Shown here piece by piece: positions 7,112 to 16,258 of a stretch of DNA of 48,666 nucleotides. Below the pieces are notes generated by a model. The model saw only the letters and a program-made list of their open reading frames with translations. It ran no database searches and was not told the DNA's origin. The translations under genes were made by a program, and so were the position numbers. Origin of the DNA: Armatimonadota bacterium (GTDB lineage: Bacteria; Armatimonadota; Zipacnadia; Zipacnadales; UBA5352); assembly GCA_051745855.1 (NCBI GenBank), contig JBNJEK010000002.1, forward strand, positions 1-48,666, given 5' to 3'. Positions within the stretch are counted from its first letter, which is position 1; each line of letters begins with the position of its first letter.

Positions 7112-9196
7112 CTACTCCCCGTCGGCTGGCTCATCCCCGGCGTCCTCAGCAGCACCGTTCCCGGCGTCCTCAGCAGCACCGTTCCCGGCGTCCTCAGCAG
7201 CACCGTCCTCGGCAGCCTCAGCAGCCTCAGCAGCAGAGGCCTCCGCTGCCAGCGCCTCCGCCGCTGCCGGCCCGATCAGTGGCTCCTCGCCCCGCTGCAG
7301 CACAAGTCCCGGCGACGCCCACAGGTAGTCTTCGGGAAGGGCCACGGGCAGCGTGCGCGAGATCAACTGATTCCGCAGTAATTCCTCCCTGAGCCCGAGC
7401 GTGAGATTCGATTCATCGAGCGTCATCTCATGGTAGGCGAATCTCGCAAACTTGATCTCCGCGCCGGTGCGTATTTCGTGGCGGCCGGGGATACCCGCCT
7501 CCTCGGCCTCATCCACCCGCGCGCGCTCATTCGAGATGCTTTGCGACACCCGCCGCTTTGCGACCCGCTCTGCAAATTCGTCGAGATTCGCGAAGTCGGC
7601 CGCGGCCGCGACTTCTATCAGCAATCCCACCCGCACATCGTGGATCGGCTCTGACAGCGGATAGCCCGCGCGGCGAGCGTAGACCCTGAACATCAGCGAG
7701 TCCATGTTGCCCTCGCGCAGCCACTCTACCGACCCTGGCTTGACGGACGCCGCTCGCCTCTCACTGTCCACCGCGAGTATCTTGATCCCGACGTACGAAC
7801 TCCCTCGCTGAACCGCCACCACCGTGTTCTGCCCCACCGCCTCCGGCTCTCCTATCCAGTCATGATTGCCGATGATCACCCGGTCGATCTGGTCGCGACG
7901 CCCGAGCATCCCCTGCACGCCGGCCTTGATCCGGGCACCGACACCGACGCGATCGAAGTTGAAGCTGCACAGCGCCAGCCCACCGCTCTGCGCGCTCTGC
8001 AGCGTGACCGTGCCGCCGAAAGGGTAGAAATACGTGGTCGGCCTCTCGGGCAGGTCGCAGGTCGCCATGATCGGGATGCTTGAGGTCGAGACCGGTCCGC
8101 TCATCGTCCCGAGGCTCATCCCGTCGGCCACCCACGTGGAGGTGCTCACCGCCTCCGCGGCCTCACTGTCCTCCGGTCCGGGCGTCCGCGTCCGCAGCTG
8201 GATCTCTTCGCTGCGATCCTCTGCCATGGCGGACAGGTCGGCCGAAAGGTCGTAGTCCGAGAGAGCGAAGTACATCGCAAGCGGCGACGGCGCGCGCGTC
8301 AGGGCCAGCGCGGACGGGAGATCACACGCGAGGAGGTAGCGGGCGACGCCGGCGTTTCCGAGGTAGTCCGCCGGATACGCGGTCCCGATCGCGCCGGCGA
8401 GCATCCCGGTCGCGGGGTCATACCTCTGAAGCATATCCGCGTAGCAGATCTGCAGCGCGCCGCGCGCCTCGCTGATCGCGGTCTCATCCTCAGCGAACTG
8501 CAGCGCCCAGCGCAACCCGCCGATCCGCAGCGCGTCGTAGGTGGGGCTGTGAACCTCGGCGAGACCCTCGCGCTTCAGGCGGCCATAGAGCCCGCTCACG
8601 GCGCTCGCCGCGGCCTCTCGCCCCTCAGGCTCATCCACGGCAGCGGCGAGGCAGGCGGTGGCCCCGGCCCACATCGCGAGCCCGACGCCGTCCTTCGGAC
8701 GATCCGATGAAAGCAGTCCCTGCAGCGCAAGGCCCGCTCGCTCCTGCAGGGTGGCACGAAGCTCGCCCGCTCGGTCGCTGGCGGCAAGGTGTGCCAGTGC
8801 CGGGCCGAGGTAGAGGGTCGCATCGAGGGAGTACCCACCGTCGGGATCGGCGTACCAGCGGAAGAGGCCTTCTGTCCGCGAGCCGTCCTCTGTGTCCTGA
8901 TGGCTCAGCACCGCCTCAATCACCTGATGCGCCAGTTCTGTCCGTTCCCCGCTCTCAAGCAGCGCCGCCGCCCAGTTGAGATTCGTCTCCGCGAGATTCC
9001 GCCGCTCGGTACCATCCGTGATCAGCGGAGTCTCGACAGGGCTCTCGGTGTCCTCGTGGAGCGCATCCCACCGCTCAAGTCCCTGCTGGGCGACCAGCAA
9101 CGCTATGTGCGATCCGTGCTCGGCCGCGGACGCATTTCCGATGACCGCCACGGCGCTCAGGATGATCGCGAGGTATCGCAACGAACGCATAGTCAA
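7112..9196 (-). CDS. Secreted protein of unknown function (694 aa) with an acidic Ala/Glu/Asp repeat tail
   Basis: The signal peptide reads M(T)MRSLRYLAIILSAVAVIGNASAAE. AAGGAG lies upstream. The start is either TTG 9196 (5 nt from the SD) or ATG 9190 (11 nt). I recognise no family. The C-terminus reads AAEDAGNGAAEDAGNGAAEDAGDEPADGE. Confidence 0.7.
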   Translation of the reverse strand: MTMRSLRYLAIILSAVAVIGNASAAEHGSHIALLVAQQGLERWDALHEDTESPVETPLITDGTERRNLAETNLNWAAALLESGERTELAHQVIEAVLSHQDTEDGSRTEGLFRWYADPDGGYSLDATLYLGPALAHLAASDRAGELRATLQERAGLALQGLLSSDRPKDGVGLAMWAGATACLAAAVDEPEGREAAASAVSGLYGRLKREGLAEVHSPTYDALRIGGLRWALQFAEDETAISEARGALQICYADMLQRYDPATGMLAGAIGTAYPADYLGNAGVARYLLACDLPSALALTRAPSPLAMYFALSDYDLSADLSAMAEDRSEEIQLRTRTPGPEDSEAAEAVSTSTWVADGMSLGTMSGPVSTSSIPIMATCDLPERPTTYFYPFGGTVTLQSAQSGGLALCSFNFDRVGVGARIKAGVQGMLGRRDQIDRVIIGNHDWIGEPEAVGQNTVVAVQRGSSYVGIKILAVDSERRAASVKPGSVEWLREGNMDSLMFRVYARRAGYPLSEPIHDVRVGLLIEVAAAADFANLDEFAERVAKRRVSQSISNERARVDEAEEAGIPGRHEIRTGAEIKFARFAYHEMTLDESNLTLGLREELLRNQLISRTLPVALPEDYLWASPGLVLQRGEEPLIGPAAAEALAAEASAAEAAEAAEDGAAEDAGNGAAEDAGNGAAEDAGDEPADGE
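7136..7207. repeat. 3 x 24-bp direct tandem repeat inside the 3' end of the 694-aa CDS
   Basis: The unit CCCGGCGTCCTCAGCAGCACCGTT occurs at 7136..7159 and 7160..7183, and at 7184..7207 with one mismatch. It encodes (NGAAEDAG)n on the minus strand. Shorter GCAGCCTCA-type repeats follow up to about 7260. Confidence 0.9.
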
Positions 9197-9266
9197 TCAG
9201 GCTCCTTGTCGAGGTCTTTCGTAGATAGACGGCCCCGACCGCCCCGGAGTTTCGCATTGCAGACGC

Positions 9267-9299
9267 AAAAAGGGCCGCCACGCATGAAGGTGGCGGCCC
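9267..9299 (-). terminator. Intrinsic terminator downstream of rpsI (end of the long ribosomal array)
   Basis: The minus strand reads GGGCCGCCAC-cttcatgc-GTGGCGGCCC-TTTTT, a 10-bp stem followed by a U5 tract. It lies 114 nt after the rpsI stop. Confidence 0.75.
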
Positions 9300-9412
9300 G
9301 TGTTCGTCGTTGGACGCGGCTCCTGGCCCGCACCAGCGCGACACCGCGCGCAGATGCGGATCCCGGTCGATCCGCAGGAAGTTCTCGCCGACGCGCCCGC
9401 CGCGCTTTCTGT

Positions 9413-9808
9413 TCAGCGCTTCGAGAACTGCTTGCCACGTCGCGCTTTGCGGAAGCCGGCGTGCTTGCGCTCCTTGACCCGCGGGTCGCGAGTGAGAAGC
9501 CCGGCCGGTCCCAGCGTGGTCCGGTGATCGGGATTCGCGTCCACCAGGGCGTTGGCGATGCCGTGACGGACCGCTCCCGCCTGGCCACTCAGCCCGCCGC
9601 CGAGCACGATGCACTTGCAGTCGTACTGGCCCATCGTCTCGGTGGCCTTGAGAGGCTCGGTCACCACCACTGCAAGACGCTCGCGCTTGAGGTACTCCTT
9701 CGGTGTCATCTCGTTGATCGTAATCTGACCGGATCCGTCGGGGATCAGCCAGACCTTGGCGACGGCTGACTTCCGCCGTCCCGTCCCGTATCCTGCGTAA
9801 TTCGGCAT
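9413..9808 (-). CDS. rpsI: 30S ribosomal protein S9
   Basis: The C-terminus GLLTRDPRVKERKHAGFRKARRGKQFSKR identifies S9. The start was moved to ATG 9808 (MPNYAGYGTGRRK); the AGGAGG SD lies inside the track's longer N-terminus. Confidence 0.95.
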   Translation of the reverse strand: MPNYAGYGTGRRKSAVAKVWLIPDGSGQITINEMTPKEYLKRERLAVVVTEPLKATETMGQYDCKCIVLGGGLSGQAGAVRHGIANALVDANPDHRTTLGPAGLLTRDPRVKERKHAGFRKARRGKQFSKR

Positions 9809-9841
9809 GGTCGCCTCCTGCAAGTATCAGTACGCGCTCTA

Positions 9842-10273
9842 CTACTCGAGCGGCTCGGGCTGCTGCGCCTGGTGCGGATGCTCCGAGCCGGCGTAAACCT
9901 TCAGCTTCTTAGCCATCTTCGTGCCGAGGCGGTTGTGTGGCAGCATGCCCCTGACCGCCCGCCGGATGACCTCCTCCGGCTCCGTCTCAAGCAACTCCCC
10001 GTAGCTCTTCGAGCGGAGATGCCCGATGTAGCCGGTGTGCCACTGGCGCATCTTATCGCGCGCCTTGTTACCCGTGAGCCGCACGTGCTCGGCGTCCGTC
10101 ACGATGACGAAGTCGCCACAGTCAACGTGGGGCGTGTAATCCGGCCGGTGCTTGCCGCGCAGCAGCGTGGCAATCTCGCTCGCAAGCCGTCCGAGGACCT
10201 TGCCCCGCGCGCTTACGATGTACCACTTGCGCTCCACGTCAGCCGCGTTCGCAGATACCGTCTTATTGTGCAT
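9842..10273 (-). CDS. rplM: 50S ribosomal protein L13
   Basis: ERKWYIVSARGKVLGRLASEIATLLRGKHRPDYTPHVDCGDFVIV is the canonical L13 N-terminus. Confidence 0.95.
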   Translation of the reverse strand: MHNKTVSANAADVERKWYIVSARGKVLGRLASEIATLLRGKHRPDYTPHVDCGDFVIVTDAEHVRLTGNKARDKMRQWHTGYIGHLRSKSYGELLETEPEEVIRRAVRGMLPHNRLGTKMAKKLKVYAGSEHPHQAQQPEPLE

Positions 10274-10285
10274 CGCAATGTCTCC

Positions 10286-11035
10286 TCAGTATGTCACCTT
10301 GATCAGCGACAGCCCCTGCGGGGGCGCTATCGTCTTCACCCGCGTCCGGTCGAGGCTGCGTAGGATCTCACCTGCGTCCTCCAGTGAGATCAAACCACGC
10401 CCCACATCCGTCAGCGTCCCCACGATACGTCGCACCATCATGTAGAGAAATCCGTTCGCTTCCGCGCGGATCTCCACCAACTCGCCCTGCGCCTGAACGT
10501 CAAGCCGTCGCAACTCCCGCACGGTGCCTTTGACCGAACTACCCGACGAACTGAAGGCCTCAAAGTCGTGCTCGCCAACGAGGGCCTGTGCGGCCTCCCG
10601 CATCAGCGCAACGTCGAGCTTCCACGGGAAATGCCACGCGTACCGCCCGATGAAGGGCGAGGGCAGCTTCCGATTGAGAATCCAATAGCCGTAGAGCTTG
10701 CCCGCCGCATCGTACCGCGGATGAAACTGGTCGGGCACCACGGAGGCCTTGACCACACTCACTTCCATCGGAAGCAGCGCGTTGAGAGCCGGCGCGATCC
10801 GTTCCGTCGGGATGGGGCTCTGGCTTCGAAAGGTCACAGTCTGTCCCAGCGCGTGAACGCCGGCATCGGTCCGACCCGATCCGATGATCCGAGTGGCCTC
10901 GCCGAGCAGACGGCTCAGCGCCTCCTCCAGCTCACTCTGGATCGTGGGCAGGTCCGGTTGCCGCTGGAAACCGAAGTAGTCGGTCCCGTCGTACTGTACG
11001 ACCAGCAGCACCTGGCGAGAGGTATCATCCCGCAT
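10286..11035 (-). CDS. truA: tRNA pseudouridine(38-40) synthase TruA
   Basis: The GSGRTDAGVHALGQ catalytic-Asp motif is present, the length is 249 aa, and the gene lies between rplQ and rplM. Confidence 0.9.
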   Translation of the reverse strand: MRDDTSRQVLLVVQYDGTDYFGFQRQPDLPTIQSELEEALSRLLGEATRIIGSGRTDAGVHALGQTVTFRSQSPIPTERIAPALNALLPMEVSVVKASVVPDQFHPRYDAAGKLYGYWILNRKLPSPFIGRYAWHFPWKLDVALMREAAQALVGEHDFEAFSSSGSSVKGTVRELRRLDVQAQGELVEIRAEANGFLYMMVRRIVGTLTDVGRGLISLEDAGEILRSLDRTRVKTIAPPQGLSLIKVTY

Positions 11036-11053
11036 CGGTTGCCCCGACGACGC

Positions 11054-11407
11054 TTAGTCTGTCAACTCGAGGATGGCCATCTCAGCGTTATCACCGGCGC
11101 GACGCCCCGCTCGGATGACCCGGGTGTAGCCGCCGTTGCGCTCGGCATAGCGCGGAGCGATCTCCTCAAACAGGTGAGCGACGAGAGCCTTGTCCCTGAC
11201 CTTGCGCAGCACCTGCCGACGGGCGTGCAGATCCCCGCGCTTGGCGGTGGTTATGAGCTTCTCCGCCATTCGCTGGGTCTCTTTGGCCTTCTGCACTGTG
11301 GTCTTGATCTTCTCGTGTCTGAACAGCGAGTCCACCTGGCTGCGCAACAGCGCCATGCGCTGATCGGTGGGTCGCCCGAGTTTTCGATGGTCCTTGCGAT
11401 GTCGCAT
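11054..11407 (-). CDS. rplQ: 50S ribosomal protein L17
   Basis: [23 protein letters not shown] matches L17. The track start at 11410 is a TTG one codon upstream. ATG 11407 has an AAGGAA SD at 8 nt. Confidence 0.95.
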   Translation of the reverse strand: MRHRKDHRKLGRPTDQRMALLRSQVDSLFRHEKIKTTVQKAKETQRMAEKLITTAKRGDLHARRQVLRKVRDKALVAHLFEEIAPRYAERNGGYTRVIRAGRRAGDNAEMAILELTD

Positions 11408-11449
11408 CAATCTCGTTCCTTCGCGGCGCAGGCGGCGCCGGGGATCTCT

Positions 11450-12436
11450 TTAGCCGTCCTCTTCTTCAACAAGTTCTTCAGCCGACGGTGCCTCCGCCAG
11501 CTCAAGTTCAACTGAGGCCAGCTTTTCGATGACCTCTTCGAGTGACCGCTTGCCGAAGTTGCGAATGTCGAGCAGGTCGTCCTCTGTCTTCTCGACGAGC
11601 TCCCCGACCGTGTCGATGTCTTCCTTCTTGAGGCAGTTGAAGGTCCGCACCGAGAACTCCATCTCCTCGATGGGGAAGGAGAGTATCTTGTTCTTGACCT
11701 CTTCCTCCTCCGGAACTTCTTCGACCTCCTCCTCCTCGGGTATCTCGATCTCGGAGAAGACCGTGATGTACCGAACGAGAATCGTGGCCGCCTCGCGCAC
11801 CGCATCGTCGGGCATGATCGTCCCGTCGCCCCAGATCTCCAACATCAGCCGGTCGAGATCGGTGCGATGCCCAAGCCGCGTCGGCTCCACCCGGTACGTC
11901 GTGCGGGCGATCGGCGAAAACAACGCGTCCAGTGCGATGACATCGCCGGGCCGCTTCTCGCGCCCGGGCTCCTCGACTGGATGGTAGCCGGTCCCGCGCT
12001 CCATCCACAGGTCGATGTAAAGGCTCGCGTCGTCCTCGGTCAGATCGGCTATGTGGATCTCGGGGTTGATTACCTCGATCCCCGGCGGGCATACGATGTC
12101 GCCACCGGTGATCTCACCCTTGCCCTCCGCCTCGATCCGCGCGATATTCTCGTCTTCCACCTCAGCCTCATCGTGGAACTTGATTGCAAGCTCCTTGATG
12201 TTGAGGCATATCTCAGTGGCATCCTCGTAGACGCCCTCGATGGTTGTGAACGCGTGCGGAACACCCTCGATCCGCACATCGGTCACCGCGGCACCGGGAA
12301 TATGCGCCAGCAGAACGCGCCTGAAGGCGTTCCCAAGCGTATGCCCGAAGCCCCTCTCCAGCGGCTCGATGGCGAACTTCCCGTACTTGTCGGAAAGCTC
12401 CAGCGCCACCATGCTGGGAGCCAGCTCTTCTATCAT
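11450..12436 (-). CDS. rpoA: DNA-directed RNA polymerase subunit alpha (328 aa)
   Basis: The track ORF was trimmed to ATG 12436 (MIEELAPS...), which has an AAGGAGAG SD. The NTD motif FGHTLGNAFRRVLL and the CTD motif SVRTFNCLKKEDIDTVGELV are both present. Confidence 0.95.
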   Translation of the reverse strand: MIEELAPSMVALELSDKYGKFAIEPLERGFGHTLGNAFRRVLLAHIPGAAVTDVRIEGVPHAFTTIEGVYEDATEICLNIKELAIKFHDEAEVEDENIARIEAEGKGEITGGDIVCPPGIEVINPEIHIADLTEDDASLYIDLWMERGTGYHPVEEPGREKRPGDVIALDALFSPIARTTYRVEPTRLGHRTDLDRLMLEIWGDGTIMPDDAVREAATILVRYITVFSEIEIPEEEEVEEVPEEEEVKNKILSFPIEEMEFSVRTFNCLKKEDIDTVGELVEKTEDDLLDIRNFGKRSLEEVIEKLASVELELAEAPSAEELVEEEDG

Positions 12437-12479
12437 TGAATACTCTCCTTTGTCGGCTTTCGCGTGCTGCCAGGCCGCG

Positions 12480-13109
12480 TCAGCGGGAGTAGAACTCGAC
12501 GACCTGCTGCTCGTCAACGTCCACCTGAATGTCCTCAGGCTCGGGCATGCGCGATACCGTGATCGCTCGATTGTCGGCATCGACGTTCAGCCAACTCGGT
12601 ACCTCGTAGCCACGCCCTATCGAGGCGACGACTGACTGGAGGTCGCGCGAACCCTCGCGCACCTCGATGACGTCGCCCTCCTTGACCTGGCGCGAGGGGA
12701 CATCGCAGATTCGCCCGTTCACCATGATGTGCCGGTGGCGAACGACCTGTCGCGCCTGGTTCTGACTGGACGCGAAGCCCGCGCGCCGGAGCACGCTGTC
12801 GAGCCGCCGCTCGAGCAGCGACATCAGCATGAAGCCGGTGACGCCCTTCGACTGCAGCGCCCGTGTCACGTAGCGCCGGAACTGCTTTTCAAGCAGCCCG
12901 TAGATCGATCGCAGCTTCTGCTTCTCGCGCAGCTGCAGGGCGTAGTCCGACGGTCGGCGCCTGCCGCGCCGCTGGTTCCCGTGCTCACCGGGCGGGTACG
13001 ATTTGCGATCGATCGCACACTTGGGCCCGTGGCAGCGTTCGCCCTTAAGAAAAAGTTTCTGTCCTTCACGCCGGCAGAGCCGGCAGACCGGTCCGGTGTA
13101 TCGCGCCAT
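12480..13109 (-). CDS. rpsD: 30S ribosomal protein S4 (209 aa)
   Basis: MARYTGPVCRLCRREGQKLFLKGERC matches S4, including its Zn-type Cys cluster. The start is ATG 13109, preceded by GGAGGTGA. Confidence 0.95.
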   Translation of the reverse strand: MARYTGPVCRLCRREGQKLFLKGERCHGPKCAIDRKSYPPGEHGNQRRGRRRPSDYALQLREKQKLRSIYGLLEKQFRRYVTRALQSKGVTGFMLMSLLERRLDSVLRRAGFASSQNQARQVVRHRHIMVNGRICDVPSRQVKEGDVIEVREGSRDLQSVVASIGRGYEVPSWLNVDADNRAITVSRMPEPEDIQVDVDEQQVVEFYSR

Positions 13110-13166
13110 ATACCTTTCACCTCCGCAGGCGGCTGTGCGGCCGTGAGGCCGCCGCCGAACCTGCAA

Positions 13167-13646
13167 CTACATGCGTCGCCTCTTCTTCGGCCGGCAGCCG
13201 TTATGCGGGGTCGGTGTTACGTCCTTGATCTCGCCCACGTCCATCCCTACGCCCTGCATCGCGCGCACGGCCGTCTCGCGGCCGGAGCCGGGGCCCTTGG
13301 TGAAGACCTCGAGCCGCCTGATGCCGGCATCCATCGCCTTGCGCGCAGCATTCTCGGCGGCGAGCTGGGCTGCGAATGGCGTGCCCTTTCGGGTGCCCTC
13401 GAAGCCGACCGTCCCACCACTCTGCCAGGCGATCGTGTTTCCGCGCTGGTCGGTGATGGTGATGATCGTGTTGTTGAACGTGGACTTGATGTACGCGCGA
13501 CCCATCGCTCCGCGCGGGGCGCCGCGGCGGCCCTGCGGCGGACCCTGCGGTCGCTCGCGGCGCTCGCCGCCACTGTCCTCAGCCTGCTCGCCCGAAGGCG
13601 CAGCGTCGCTCTGCTGCTCTTCGGCCTGTTCGCGCTCTTCTGCCAT
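13167..13646 (-). CDS. rpsK: 30S ribosomal protein S11 with an approximately 35-aa acidic/Gly-Arg N-terminal extension
   Basis: The core [19 protein letters not shown]...[12 protein letters not shown] matches S11. AGGAGG lies 7 nt before ATG 13646, which supports the long N-terminus. Confidence 0.93.
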   Translation of the reverse strand: MAEEREQAEEQQSDAAPSGEQAEDSGGERRERPQGPPQGRRGAPRGAMGRAYIKSTFNNTIITITDQRGNTIAWQSGGTVGFEGTRKGTPFAAQLAAENAARKAMDAGIRRLEVFTKGPGSGRETAVRAMQGVGMDVGEIKDVTPTPHNGCRPKKRRRM

Positions 13647-13685
13647 CGTCGTGCCTCCTGTGTTTGTGCGCCGGTCCAGCAGCCG

Positions 13686-14069
13686 CTACTTCTTCGCTGC
13701 TGCTTTCCTCTTCCCGGCAACAGTCTTCCGCTTGCCCTTGCGGGTGCGCGCATTCGTCCGGGTGCGCTGCCCACGGACAGGCAGGCCTCGGCGATGCCTC
13801 ATACCGCGATAGGTCCCGATCTCGATGAGACGCTGGATGTTCGCCGCCACCTCGCGCCGCTTGTCACCCTCGATGGTGTAGTCGCGGTCGATGATCTCCC
13901 GCAAACGGGCGGCCTCGTCCTCCGTCAGATCGCGCATCTTCGTCTCGGAATCGATCTGCGCCTGCTCGCGGACATTCCGGGCAGTCGAGCGTCCGATCCC
14001 GTAGATGTAGGTCAGTGCGATCTCGACCCGCTTATTCGCCGGCAGGTCTACGCCAGCTATTCTCGGCAC
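13686..14069 (-). CDS. rpsM: 30S ribosomal protein S13
   Basis: (M)[25 protein letters not shown] matches S13. The start is GTG at 14069, with GAGGAGG 7 nt upstream. Confidence 0.95.
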   Translation of the reverse strand: MPRIAGVDLPANKRVEIALTYIYGIGRSTARNVREQAQIDSETKMRDLTEDEAARLREIIDRDYTIEGDKRREVAANIQRLIEIGTYRGMRHRRGLPVRGQRTRTNARTRKGKRKTVAGKRKAAAKK

Positions 14070-14116
14070 TGGTAGTCCTCCTCAGTCACGTCCTGGACGG
14101 CTCTCGCTCACGTCGC

Positions 14117-14230
14117 TTAGCCCTGCCGCTGCTTGTGCCGCGGGTTCGAGCACACGACGCGAACTACGCCCTTGCGCCGAATGATCTTGCACTTGTCGCA
14201 ACGCTTCTTCACCGAAGCCTGAACTTTCAT
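14117..14230 (-). CDS. rpmJ: 50S ribosomal protein L36 (Zn-binding C+ form, 37 aa)
   Basis: The product is [37 protein letters not shown]. The track ORF 14117..14323 is over-extended. Confidence 0.93.
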   Translation of the reverse strand: MKVQASVKKRCDKCKIIRRKGVVRVVCSNPRHKQRQG

Positions 14231-14422
14231 GGTTTCCACTCTTCCCCGGAGGTCGCTGTTGTCACGCTCTCGGAGGTCTCGGCGGCCTCTGCCGCCGGAC
14301 ACTACACGTCTCGCGGGGCTCACACCCGCTCCGACCCGTCATGGCCTGCACCGGCCATCCGGCCCTCACTCGTACTGCACCCCACCCGGCTCTCTGGCCG
14401 CCGGCACTCGCCGCCGCCCCGA

Positions 14423-14665
14423 CTACTTGTGCAGCCAGACGATGCGACCGCGCGTCAGGTCATACGGCGATATCTCCACGGTGACCTTGTCGCCCGGCAT
14501 GATCCGGATGTACCGCATCCGGATCTTCCCGCAGACATGTGCCAGAAGCTCGTGCCCATTCTCCAGTTCCACCTTGAACACCGCGTCCGGAAGTTTCTCC
14601 GCCACGGTCCCAAGGACCCGGATCATCTTGGGCTCTTTCTTCTGTTTGGTCTGCTTCTTCGCCAT
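14423..14665 (-). CDS. infA: Translation initiation factor IF-1 (80 aa, short Lys-rich N-terminal extension)
   Basis: [49 protein letters not shown] is the S1-like IF-1 core. ATG 14665 was chosen over the track's TTG at 14683. Confidence 0.9.
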   Translation of the reverse strand: MAKKQTKQKKEPKMIRVLGTVAEKLPDAVFKVELENGHELLAHVCGKIRMRYIRIMPGDKVTVEISPYDLTRGRIVWLHK

Positions 14666-14709
14666 AAGTGTACCTTGCCCCAATCCGAACTGTGATCTCG
14701 CACCGTCTC

Positions 14710-15498
14710 TTACGGCGCGGTCAGTATCCAGTGGCCATCCTCTGTCACGGCCACCGTATGCTCAAAGTGCGCCGATCGGCTTCCGTCCTTCGTCCGCACT
14801 TTCCAGCCGTCGGCGTCCTGAAAGACCTCATGCCCGCCCGCGTTGACCATCGGCTCGATCGCCAGCGTCATCCCGGGCTGGAGTTTGGTATCATACACGC
14901 CACCGCGCCCATTGTCCACAAAGTTCGGGACCTGCGGCGGCTCATGCATCTGCGAACCGATCCCGTGTCCGACCAGCGCCCGAACTACTGAAAAGCCCGC
15001 CGCCTCCACGTGGCCCTGCACGGCATGCGCGATATCACGGATCGTGTTTCCGGGCCGCACCTGCTCCAGCGCCAGCCGAAGCGACTCTCGCGTGACTTCG
15101 ATCAACCGCAGCGACTCCTCGTCAACCTCACCCACCGCGACCGTGAACGCCCCGTCGGAGTGCCACCCCTCGAAGATCGCCCCGAGGTCGGCGCCGAAGA
15201 TGTCGCCCTCCTCGAGAATTTCATCCTCGGACGGAATCCCATGCACCACGCAGTCGTTGACCTGCGAGCAAATGGTCGCGGGGAAGCCCTGGTAGCCCTT
15301 GAACGAGGGCGTTGCACCGGCCTCCCGGATCACTTCCTCGGCGATCCGGTCAAGTTCCGCGGTGCTGATCCCCGGCCTGATCGCCTCCCTGAGCTTCGCG
15401 ACGGTGCGGGCGTGAATTCGCCCGGACTCTCGCATCGTCTCAAGTTCGTCGGCGGTCTTGAGGTGGATCCGGGCGCCTCTGATGCGGGGACCGGACAT
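14710..15498 (-). CDS. map: Type I methionine aminopeptidase
   Basis: The length is 262 aa. The metal-ligand context matches ([50 protein letters not shown]). Confidence 0.93.
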   Translation of the reverse strand: MSGPRIRGARIHLKTADELETMRESGRIHARTVAKLREAIRPGISTAELDRIAEEVIREAGATPSFKGYQGFPATICSQVNDCVVHGIPSEDEILEEGDIFGADLGAIFEGWHSDGAFTVAVGEVDEESLRLIEVTRESLRLALEQVRPGNTIRDIAHAVQGHVEAAGFSVVRALVGHGIGSQMHEPPQVPNFVDNGRGGVYDTKLQPGMTLAIEPMVNAGGHEVFQDADGWKVRTKDGSRSAHFEHTVAVTEDGHWILTAP

Positions 15499-15501
15499 GC
15501 C

Positions 15502-16170
15502 TCAGCCCCGCACAGCCTGAAGAACCCGCTCGGCGATCTCATCCGGATCGCCCTCGCCGGACACGTTCACCAGCACACCGCGCTCTTCGTAATAGTCGAT
15601 CAGCGGCTGGGTCTGCGCCCTGTAAACCTCCAGACGCTCCTGGATCGCCTCGGGCTGATCGTCGCTGCGCTGGTACAACTCACCATCACAGTCGGGGTCC
15701 GGGCACTCCGCGCCGCTCTCCACGCATTCTTCGTCAACGTGATAGATGCCGCCGCAGTCGCCACCGCACAGCCGCCTGCCGCTGAGCCGACGAACGATCT
15801 CGTCTTCATCAACCGTCAGGTTCACAACGGTGAGGGGCTCGCGATCGAGGTCGTCGAGTATCTCGCCCAGAGCCTCCGCCTGTTCGACCGTCCGCGGAAA
15901 GCCGTCCAGCACGAAACCGGCCTCACAGTCGGGGCGGGCGAGACGCTCGCGCGCAATAGCTATGACGAGTTCGTCCGGCACAAGTTCACCGCGGTCCATG
16001 TAGCCCTTCGCTTCCTGCCCGAGTTCGGTCCCCTCGGACACGGCGTCGCGCAGGATGTCCCCGGTGGAGATGTGCGGCACGCCAAGCTCCGCCGACAGCA
16101 TCTTCGCCTGGGTGCCTTTCCCCGCACCCGGCGCGCCGAGCAGAACCACGTTGTACTCTCGGTCTGCCAT
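15502..16170 (-). CDS. adk: Adenylate kinase with a Cys-rich (Zn-type) and slightly enlarged LID
   Basis: The P-loop GAPGAGKGTQ is present. The LID reads RRLCGGDCGGIYHVDEECVESGAECPDPDCDGELYQRSDD. Confidence 0.95.
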   Translation of the reverse strand: MADREYNVVLLGAPGAGKGTQAKMLSAELGVPHISTGDILRDAVSEGTELGQEAKGYMDRGELVPDELVIAIARERLARPDCEAGFVLDGFPRTVEQAEALGEILDDLDREPLTVVNLTVDEDEIVRRLSGRRLCGGDCGGIYHVDEECVESGAECPDPDCDGELYQRSDDQPEAIQERLEVYRAQTQPLIDYYEERGVLVNVSGEGDPDEIAERVLQAVRG

Positions 16171-16258
16171 CTGATTGCCTTTCTACGTCATGAGGCTCGC
16201 TTCGCCATGCTCGAGGATCGCAACGCGTCGCCGCGCTGAACCCCGCCACATTCCGCTG

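Noticed and set aside
7136-7260. Possible CRISPR-like or minisatellite array
   Set aside because: The repeats are contiguous with no spacers and lie in frame inside a CDS, where they encode an acidic peptide repeat. There are no cas genes, so this is not a CRISPR array.
10568-16239. Long plus-strand ORFs opposite truA/rplQ, rpsD-rpsM and map/adk (10568..11515, 12729..14075, 15010..16239)
   Set aside because: All are antisense to strongly conserved ribosomal or housekeeping genes. They are R/L/A/P-rich with no family resemblance, and are GC-driven open frames.
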